Below are positions 18,155 to 30,100 of a stretch of 64,000 nucleotides of DNA, in pieces. Position numbers and translations under genes: made by a program. This DNA is from Bacilli bacterium. GTDB taxonomy: Bacteria; Bacillota_I; Bacilli_A; RF39; UBA660. The stretch covers positions 132,756 through 196,755 of the forward strand of contig JAFXXX010000019.1 in NCBI GenBank assembly GCA_017542065.1, written 5' to 3'. The stretch's first letter is position 1, and every line of letters starts with the position of its first letter. The notes beneath the pieces are model-generated. The model was not told the DNA's origin, ran no database searches, and saw nothing but the letters and a program-made list of their open reading frames with translations.

Positions 18155-21100
18155 TTATTTTGACTTTTTCTTTTTAAGACGAACATTACAGATAATACTG
18201 CAATTAGAGAAATTGCTATTAACATGTAATTAATTTTTCTTATTCCAGTTTGAATAGAAATAAGTAGTTTTGCTTCACCAGTTGATTCAATCTTATTACT
18301 ACTTGGAACATATTCTTTTACATGTCCACTTAATGTTCCATCTGCATTAATAGTAAATGTTACTTCACTACCATTATCATCAGAAACTTTATAATCACCA
18401 GGATCTAAGTTAGTTAAATACAATCTACCTTTTATAGGTTTCATATTTGTTAAACCTTTACCAGGATTATATCTTGCAACTTCATCGCCTTTTTCCATAG
18501 TAACTAAGTCATAGTCACTACCATTAAATTCATATAATCTATAATGGTTTTCAGAACTTAATGCAGAACCATCAGCCATTTCATAAACTAATACTGAAGT
18601 ACCAGTTTCATCAAGTCCAAGCATACCTCTTAAACTATTTAAGATATTTCCACCAAGTGAATTATCTTCAATTGGTTGACCATCTAAAGTTATATGTGAG
18701 TCTACAGTAAAGTTATTTAAACTAATTGTATAGTTATTTGAAATAATATTTACTGAATATCCGCTAGCTATAGTTAAGTCAGCATCTAACTCAATATTAT
18801 GGTAAATATATACATTTGGACAAGTACTTCCAGATGTACAGTTTTGAACTGATTTATTAATTGCTTGTTGTAATGTCTTATAGTTAATACCATTTACCAT
18901 AGCAATCTTAGAATCATTTTCAGTTATAACTGTTAAGTAAGCACTTTCAGTGTTATCTCCATTATCAACAACATCTATCTTATAGTTAGTTTCAACGTCA
19001 TTAATCTTACCAAAGATAGCACCTTTATCTGTACTACCAGTAATAATACCATCATAGAAGTTAACAGTACCAGCTTTAATATTAAGACCTGATTTATAAC
19101 CGCCAGTTCCACTATTTACTGTTCCATCATTATTAATTACTGGAGATTGATTACTTACAATACTATCTTTTGTACCAATGTTATAAGTACTGCTTGAAGA
19201 ATCAATTTCAACATATTTAATAGTACCACCTGTAATATTAAATGTCATAGGGTTTGTACTATCATTTCTAATAGTTTTAATATTACCATCGGAAATATTT
19301 ATTGTAGCTCTACCAAGATATCCAGTAATATGATCAAATGTTCCACCTGTAATATTTACAGTAGTTGTTTTAGCTGCATCATTAGAACCATTAACCATTA
19401 CAGCTGAATTAAATCCATTATTTTGTGAAATAAATGTACCATTTGAAATATTAACTATTAATGGATCAGCATAACTTTCATTATGTATTACACGTAAGTT
19501 TGTAAATGTTCCGCCTGATATATTTGCAGTAGAAGCACTAATAATATAGCTTGTAAATGTTCCACCTGTTATTTGAATTGGTCCATAACTATTTTTACTT
19601 GAATAAATACCACCAGATACTTGTGCAGTACCATAGTTCAATAGACCTATAGTTCCACATGTTGACCTAAGTGTTTCACTAGAATAGTTAACTAAATTTA
19701 CAATATTTAATGAACTATCATCAGTACATGTACCACTATAAGTTGAATCATCTTCTAATCTAGCTTGATTAATATAACTATCATTAGCATTTAATGAAGC
19801 TGAATCATATAAGTTAATATAATCTGCTCTACTATTAGTAACATTAACTACTGAATTATCATATCCATAAATGTTTTTAATTATTCCACTATCAGTATAG
19901 TTTTGAGCATTAATTGTAGCTGTATCACGAGCAGTAACATGATAATATGCTTTACCAGTTAATGTAACAATAGAACTACCATGAGCTTCAATTGTACCAT
20001 CACCTTCACTAACAGATAATGTTGAAGTATCATATGTATCTATTTTACTTATATTAAATCCATAACCTTCATTTGCAGCACATGCAGTTGAATTTATAGT
20101 TAAATTAGAACCATTAGTTAAACTAATTCTATTACCAATTGTTTTACAATTAGCATCTAATGTTAAATTCTTACCACTAATTGTTACATCATCAGCAGCT
20201 GATATTCTAACAGTACCTGTTATCATTTGAAGAACATCATTATTGCTTGCTTCATCAACAGCAGTTTGGAAATTATCGTAAGAAATATCTTTAGTAACAT
20301 TCTTAACTATATTATCCTTAGATAAGAATCTTGTTCTATTTGTACTTGTAATAATATAACCATTTTCTTTATCAGTAAAGTGATTATCAAAATCTGTAAC
20401 ATCATTAACAACTGAAATAATACTATCAGATGTAATTAAACCATCATAGAAGTTTATGCTTCCTTTTTCATCATAGAATCTTATTGGTACAGAAACTGTT
20501 CCTGAATTAATAACAGGAGATGATGTATTATTTAAATCATCTTTTTCACCAATATTTAAGACTGCAGAATTACCATACATAGTAACAGCTGACATCATCT
20601 TTGTAGAAGTTACATTTGAATTATTAGTATTAATTGTTCCATAGTTTACAATTGCTCCAAGTTCAAATACTGAATAAGCAGCTGATCTAGTAGGAACACT
20701 AATACCATTATAATCATGATCACAGTAATAAACTGCACCACCAGATTTTATTGATGGATATATACACATATATAAAGTTCTGCTTTTAACTGATAATGGT
20801 GGATTAACATTAATACTTGCATCTTTTATTGTTAATGTTCCATAATTTGTAATTCCATTAGAGTATGCTGATGAAAAATATAAATCATTAGCACTAATAG
20901 AACTAGGTGTTGTAACAGTATCCATACTAGAACTTGAACAGCTTGTTGAATAAGACATAGCTATAGGAATATATGTACCATCAAGTGGTTTAATATATCC
21001 TTCAGAGTTATAGGTACCACCTTCAATATTTATTATAAAGTTGTCTAATTTTTCGCCAGGATCATAATATCTAAGTGTATTATTAGATCTTCCAAAATCA

Positions 21101-24100
21101 TATCTTCTTTCACCATCAATAATAGAATCTCTAATATTGAATGTATTATTCTTAAGATTAATATTTACATGTTCATTAGCTATAATACCATATGATTGGT
21201 TATGAAGAACTGTACTTTCAATAGTAACATTAGAACTAGCATTTTGATGATATGAATCATATTCAACATAAACTAATCCTAAGAAATATGTATCTATTAA
21301 GTTGTTCTTTAATGTTAAACTAGATTCGCCTATTTCTTTAAAATACATTCTTTGATAGAAATGATCAACATTATATACATTACCATAAAGGCAACTTACA
21401 CCACTTGGGGCAAATATTATTTTACTATTATCGATTTCTAATGTTCCTGTGTTTTGTACAACACCATCTTCATCATTATCATAAGGTCCAGAATCAGCAT
21501 TTGAACGTACATCAGATTGATCTAAAACGGAATTATTAATATACATTTGTCCATCATTCCAAATCAAAGTATCATAATATGCTGATGTCATAACCATATA
21601 ATGAAGACCTGCCCTACCAGTTGATTCATTATGTATTAAAATTGGGTTTTCTGTTTGGCCTGATTGAAATTCACTTATAAATCTTGTTGTATCATAACAT
21701 GAACTATCACCATATTTATCTGTATTTAATATTCCATAGTTTTTAATAATTGTATGCTGTAATGTTGTAAATGAAGAACCTCTAATTTGAAGTATACCAT
21801 TTAGATTATTAACAATTAACTCTTTTTTAGCACCAGTAGCTTTCAAATTAACAATAATAACTTTATTTAAATTAAGATTTGCATTATTTATAAATACATT
21901 ACTTGATACTGGTACGTTAATTGATCCACCAGCACCTTCAAATGTAGCATTACCATTGTTTTCGATAAACTCTGTATTATTTATTGTAATTAAGTGTTTA
22001 ATCTTTAATGTGAAATTAGATGTTTCCGGAATTACTATTTTAGAAGTTCCAGTTGTATTTGTATAATCTCTTAGTGTTTCTAATTCATCACCATTAGTAG
22101 CTTCTCTAAAGGCTTTTTGGAATGTTTGATAAATAACACCTGTTGTATTATTTTTAACTAAATCTAATTGATCTAAATATTTTACTTGGAATGAATCTTC
22201 AGTATCAGAAATAACTTCATAATCTTCTTCTATTTCATCAATACTTATATCTACTGCAGAACTCTTTCCTTTTAAGACTCCATCATAGAATCCAAAGAAT
22301 CCAGCACCAGATCCAGTTCCATATTTAGATATTGGGAACTTATCAGCTTGTAAAACAGGATCTGTTTTAGAGCAAATAATATCTCCATTAGTATCTAAAT
22401 CGCCTTTAACACCAACATTAATTATGTAAGAATATACTTCATCAGGATCTATATCATTATCTTTCTTAAATCTAGATACTCCCATTACATTTTCTTTAGA
22501 TACTAAAGTACCACCTGTAATATCAGCTTTAGGAGTAACTCCATATAAGTAAATAAGATCTAATCTATTACTATTATTTGCATCAGCATAAGAACTTAAT
22601 GAACCACCATTTACATATAAATGAGATCCTTTAATACCAAGGAATACATTATCATATGTACCATCAGTAACAGTTATATTACTATTATTAACTGCAACTA
22701 CATATGGAACCATAGAACTTGTAGGAGCTGATATCTTACCACTTCTAAATTCAAGATTTGCATTATCTACATGAGCTATTGGTCTAAAACTTGTATATCT
22801 AGTATCAGTTTCAGTATTTAAACCATCAATAATACCAGTAGCACCATTATTTAATTCAAATATATGTCTTCCACTATTAGTATTAAATTTATCAGAAGTA
22901 ACCATATATTGTAAATATGTAGGCACTGCATTTGTATTAGTAAAGTATCCACCTTTAACTGTAGTTATAGATGCAACACCATTACCATATAACATAGTAC
23001 TATTAAATTCACCATTATTAATAGTTAAATTAGCTTGGTTATAAGTATCTAATTGGTTAAATGTACCATTGTTAATTGTAGCTACACCTTTATTGTTAAC
23101 TATAGCAGCTTCTTTACTATAAGATGAATCCATTAAATTAGTATAAGTACCACTATTCATTATTAAAGTTCCATTATTATCTACCATATATTTACCAGCA
23201 GATAATACTTCACTAGTACCTTGAAGAGTTAATGTACCATTATTCTCTATTGCACCATTATTAGCAAATAGATTTGTAGGAGAACCTGAGAAGTTAAGTG
23301 TAATATTCTTTCCTTCAGGAATTACTACTTTACCTACTGATGTATAGAATAATACATCAATAGTAGTAGGATCACTTGTAGTAATACTATCAATTGCATC
23401 TTGAAGTGAAATAAAAGTATTATTCTCACCTATTTTAGCCATAGTAGCAGTATTATGACTATCTATAGCAAATTGTTTAGGAAATACATATAATTCATTT
23501 GCAAATATAGCATAACTATCATCTAATGCTTCAGTAACTGGAATATTTAATACTCTAGATACCGTACTTGAATTATTAGTAGTTCTAATTCTTCCAGAAT
23601 ACATATTAACAGCACATGCTGATTGATCATAATTAGCTTGTGTTATTGTTTCTGTAGTACCATCAAGTTTTGATAAGAAGTTCTTATCTGCATAATCAAC
23701 ATAATTTAATCTAGATCCTTCATCAATAGCCATCATATTTTCAATACGTTCAGGTTTTTGATAGCAATTACCACTTACACCATAATTCTTACCAACAATT
23801 GTATTTGTATTTTCAGTATCATTTGGAGTACCAATATTTAATTCATTTTGATAATATGTATATTCTACATAAGTAGTCTTAGAACCTTTTAGTGGATAAT
23901 ATTGAACAGATCTTGTTGTATATTTTGGTGTCATTGCAATAGCAGTACCATTAACATCTGTAATACTATTTCCTCTTTCAAGATTTAATATACCTTGGTT
24001 ATTAACTGCTTCAGTATAAGAAGTACCTGAATTAGTTAAATTAAATGCATTTAATGTAATAGTACCATAATTATATATATGTTTTGCAGATGATGAATTT

Positions 24101-27100
24101 AAGAACATTGTTGCATTTCTACCATTATTATTAATCTCATGGAATGAAGAATTATGTGATTCAACATTTCCATTATCATAGTTATTTAATATAGCACCTG
24201 TATTACATCCTGTTTGTCTAAATTGTAAATCAGCATAGTTATCAGTTCTATCTAATAATGAAGAGTTTTCAACTATTGTATCACCCTTTAATTCAGCATT
24301 AGAAATACGTGAACCATTATTAATTAATGTTTTACCAGTTGTTCTTAAATAATCTATACTTGATCCATTTGAAACATATAAATCACCTGTTGAATAAACT
24401 CTATGACTTATATTAGAGGCACCAGAAATTGTTAATTTGCCACCTAGGTTACTAACACCATAATCTTCTAATACATTAGTATAAGTTCTTGAATATTGAG
24501 TATATTGATATTGATAGTTATATGGGTTTGTAGCACCAGTATAAATCTTATCTTTTGCATTTATATCTACTGATATATTAGCAGCTCTTAGAATCGCTAC
24601 ACCTGCACCAGTATTTTCAAAACCAAGACCATTTTTACCAGTAATTTTTAATTTATTAAGATTAACAAAACCACTATTAGTAAATCCTGTATTAATATGT
24701 GTATATCTTGAACTACTATTTTGAGAATATACTCTATAATTTTGTTCTTCATGATTTAGATAGTTCATTATAATTTCAAGCGAACTAACATCTTCACTAA
24801 CAGTACCATAAGTTAAGTTATTAATACCATAAGCTGTTCTTGCATTAACATAGATTTTAGCATCATGTTCAGGTACAAATGTTAATTTACCTTCATTATA
24901 TATAGCAGTTCTTCCAGACCAGTTAGAACTATTTTCTTCAAGAACACAGTCTTTAATAATTAATTCGGCATCTTTTTCATTTCTAATAACGTTACCTGCA
25001 CTACTAGTTAATTTACCACCATGAACTTTATTTTCAGATGTTTGATTTTCATAATCACTATCTATAATAGTCAATTTACCATAGTTACGAATAATATCGT
25101 CAGTTAAACTAGATGTAAGAGTATAACCATTTAAGTCTAATACAGTTTCTTTATTATAATCAATTACCATTGAATCTTGTAATTGAATATCTCTTAAAAT
25201 TTGAATTTCATCAACATTTTCGTTAAATGTAACTATTTTTTCACCCTTAGTATATTCATGAGTGTTAGTTCCTGTAACCTCATCATATCTAACTCCATCA
25301 GTAGAAATATCACTAGATGAATTTCTATATACCATGTGATAAATATAATATACATGTCCAGGTTCAAATGTTAAATATGGAGAACTAGATATTTCAAATC
25401 TTACAGCTCCTGTTGGTATTTCAAAATTACTATTATTCTTATATCTAATTGGAGCTGGTTCATCAATTGTATAATAATCTGTCCAAGAAAGATTAGTAGT
25501 TGAATCCCATAAGTAAGAAGCTTGAACAGTCTTCGGACTAGTTTCATTTGTTAAATCATATACTGTAGAGAACCCAGCAGCATGATTATAAGGTATCTTC
25601 TTTTCAAGAGTATAGAAACCAAGTTCATCATTCCAAACATAACCTGTATCAAGTGTAGAACTTATCTCTATAGGGTCTGTAGAAGAAATAGTTATTGTAT
25701 TTGTAGTATCTTCAGGAAGTGAATCATAATCAACAGTTCCTACATTAATTGGTGTTTCACCAAAATTAAATGCAGTATCATCAACATTTAATAATTTAAT
25801 TCCTTTAATTGGAGAACCACAATAACCACTTTGAGATGATCCACAATCATAATTTTCTGTCTTGTAACCTGTGCCTTGAGATACACCTAATCTAACATTA
25901 AAGTGAACATAATATACGTTGCCTTTTTCTAGGTAATAATCTTGAGAAGATGCATTATATTCATCGCGTGTTCCTGTACTATAAGGATATGCAGCATTAT
26001 AAATATAACCTGCGGTATTTCTATCGTCCTTATAATATAACATTCTATCTCTTCCAGTTTTTATTTCATCTAATGTTAAACCTCTATTATTAGTTGTAAG
26101 ATAAATTGACACATAATTATATGCATACCAGAAATTATGAACTTGTAATATCTTGTCTGTTTCAGAATTAGTTAAATCAACTTTAATATATGAATCATGA
26201 TATTCACCTAAATTATTATTCCATAATGTATAGTAGTTTTCACCATTCTTTACAAGAGGTGTTGAAAAATCAAAAGCATTACCAACCATATCATGAACTA
26301 TATCTAAATCTTCAGAACCACTAGTTTTATAAACTTTAATAGAGCTTATAGTCATTTGGTCTGAAACACCATTAGCTTCATATTCAGATTGTTCTGGATT
26401 ATCACTATTACCATTCTTAAAGAAGTTAAAGTTTAAGTAATATTTTTTACCACCTGTAACTAATCTTGCAGGATTAGTTGGCCCAAGTCCAACATATGGT
26501 CTTTGATATCCTGTATAACTTGCTTGATCATATGAACTAGTTCCACCTTGAGTATACATGTATAATAGATTTGCACTACTATCTATCCATTGTTTTAAAT
26601 CAGGTTTGTCCTCACTAACATACATTATTACAGTACCACTATTATATGTTTCCATAGTTGCTGTTGCAGATATAACATAATCTCCTTCTTTATCAGTTAA
26701 ATCTATTTCAACATAACCATAAGCATTTGTTTGACCATTTCTTAAATATGGAGTATTAGATTTAAGTGTCTTAGTAGCACTATCATAATAGAATCCATAA
26801 GCATTTAATGTTGGAGATATTTGTTCAAAATTATCTGTTACTCTTTCTTCTGTACGAAGAACAACATCATCAATTACCATTTGTGATAAACCATATGGAG
26901 AATAAGATGGTAATGTATAACCAATATTTGAATCTCCTTCATATTCAGATTTTACTAAACCAACTGGTTGAGTATATCTAATATCTACTTTATATTGTTT
27001 TCCTTTTTTTAATTTATAACCTGCAAGGCTTCCTTTAGTATAAGCATAATTTAATGCATTACCAGTCATAACTCCATGTTCATCTAATTCAAATATTTTA

Positions 27101-30100
27101 ATAGCTATATTACCAGTTCTACCATCTTCACCAGGTACTAAATGATATGTTAATTCTAATACTTGATCATCATTATAATCTGTTAAATCTATGATTGTAT
27201 TAGTCATTGCCATAGAACCATAGAATGCATTACCAGATGTTAATGTATTATTAGTACTATCATATATAAATGGATAACCATTTTCATTATCCCAATATTC
27301 ACTATATGGATCAACTTCATCAACATGAGTAAATCCTTCAAGTAAAGTGTCAGGATTTCCTTGCATTGCCATAGTTCCTACTTTAGCTTCAGCAACTGCA
27401 TTAGCAATATTACCATAATAAATACTCTTATTACGTCTTGCTTCAGGTCCAATTAATTGTGCTAAAGTAACTTCTTCATAACCATCTACATCAGATGATG
27501 TAGCATTGTATGAATATTCAGTTTCTGTAACCTCACCTTGAACTGCATTTGTTCCTTTAATCTTTCCATCAAAGAATGCAAATTCAGCATCAGTTTCAGT
27601 ATAAACACCATAGCTTTCACCAAACACATATGGAACAGTAGTAGATACTAATCTACCTACTCCAGTACTTTCAGGATCAGAACTTCCTTCACCCATAATA
27701 AATTTAGCATTAGCGTTATTATAAATTGCAATTCCAGTACCATTTACTATTCCACCAGCATTTTCTGCATGATCTACTAATGTAAATGTTCCTTCATTAT
27801 CTACAGTATATCCAGGAAGAATTCCTGATACTGTTTTACCATTTAAATCTAATGTAATATCTTGAGTATTTGCTATACTTACAGATTCATTAGTATTTTT
27901 TAACATTTGAATTGTACATTTAGAATCACAATTAGTGTCTGCTATAGCAGATGCTAACAATGGAAATTCTATATAATCTTCTTCAGGAAGAGGTGTACCC
28001 TCAACAGAAATAATTCTACAAATGATTTCTGGAGTACCAGTTGTTTCAGTAATTGTTGTTTCAGATGTATTACCTGCTCCATCAGTTACTACTATTCTAA
28101 ATGTATATTCAGTACTTTGTGTAAGTCCTGTAACTACATAATTTAATTCTTTTTCTTTTGTATAATCTTTTAAATCAATATTATTTGCTGTTCCATTTAC
28201 TGTTCCTACTAAAGAGGTACCATTATAAACTGTTATAGATTTAATACCAGATTGATTATCTGTTGTAGGTCCAGCAATAACAATACTATTAAATGATGGA
28301 GTTGTAGTTAAAGTTCCAATAACTGGACTTAACTTATCAATATTAGTTACTTCATGAGTTACTATTACTGATTCAGCATCACCATAAATAGATTTAGCAA
28401 CAATTGTTGAGTTTGTAGATAATTCAAATGGTTCAGTATAGTTTTGATATGTACCATCATCTACTTTATAAACAAAAGTATAATTTGGATTAGTACTTGA
28501 AATAGTAACTAATACTTTATCATTTGTCCAATATAATGGAGTATGACTAATTGTTGGTGCAGTTACTTCTTCATATGTACTATATAGAATCTTTGGAGTC
28601 TTAATTTGATTTTGATCAAATATGAATTCATTTACTCCATCTTCTGACCAATAAGTAAATATATTATGTTCTTTTGTTGGATGAGTAGTAGTATCACTAG
28701 CATAATCACCATAATCTACTAATTGAGTTTCAAATATTTGATCTCCATCCATAAATGTTACTTCTACTTTGTTTTTAGTGTAATGAGAAGTAAGTGTTAA
28801 TGGTCCAGTAATTGGAGTATCAAAATCAAACTTATCATTTCCGTTATACCAACCATCAAATGTATGTCCTTCTTTTTGTGGTTCAGTTGGTTCAGTAGCT
28901 TTTGAACCATGATTTACTGTTTGTCTATCATATTCAGTAGAAATGTTTGTCCAAGGATCAACATCATTAAATACTACATTATATGAATTTATTTGATATA
29001 TTGCATAAACAGTAGTTGTAGTAAATATTTGAGTATTTGCAAAGTCAAATGGTTCTTTTGTATCACTTGAACTTGGATTTGTTAATGACCAGAATAAGAA
29101 AGTATGTCCTTCTTTTCCTTGGTCTGCTATTGGAGCTACATAAGCTCCATAAGCAACTGTATTTTCAGTTATTCTATTTTCATCATTAAAGATAAATGAT
29201 CTATCTTGTAATGAATATTGAGCATATAATTTAACTTTACCCTTTATTTGAGTAGCAAAGTTATATTCATGATCACCATCTTGATCAGTTGTCCATCTAA
29301 GGAATGTATGCCCTGCCCAAGCATTAGTTAAATCAGGTGCTTCAGAGTTAGATAATACACTCTTATATTCTTTTTGAAGAGTTAATATCTTAGTATACTC
29401 TGCTCCATTAGAAGCACTCTTATCATAGAATTCAACATCATATGATTTAATACAATATTTTGATACTAAAGTTAAATCTTCAGTTACTGGTGTATTAAAG
29501 TCCCAAACTACATTGTCTTTAGTCCATCCACAGAAGTCATATCCTTCTTTTTCAGGATCTTGTGAAGGTTTAGTAGCAGGATCACCATTATTTACTTCTT
29601 GTTCATCATATTTAGTTTCTTCTAATGTTTCTGGATGTTTATCATTAAATGTAACTGTATGTTTCTTAGCAGTTACACCATATAAAATTAAATCTTTTTC
29701 TACAGGTAAAGTAAAGTTGTATTTATTTGTTAGTTTTTCATCTGTATACCAACCATCAAAGTTTTGAACAGTTACATTTGGTTCATCAATAGTTTCACCT
29801 TCTAAAACATCTAATGTTTTATAAGTTCTACCATCTAGTAAGTAAATAACATGTTCATATAGTTCTCCTCTTGCATTTACTTTGTTGATATAAGTTTTAG
29901 CTATATCAGTATTTTCAATAGTTAATACTAATGTATCTGATATTTGTTCACCAGCACTTAGTTCTATACCTTCTAAGTTTCTGTTATAAATAATTCCATT
30001 TTTAAGTTCATAACCAGAGTTTAAACTTTCATCAAAGCTTAATCCCTCAGGTAATTCATCTTTAACTGATGAAATAATACCTTTCTTTTCTCCAGTATTT

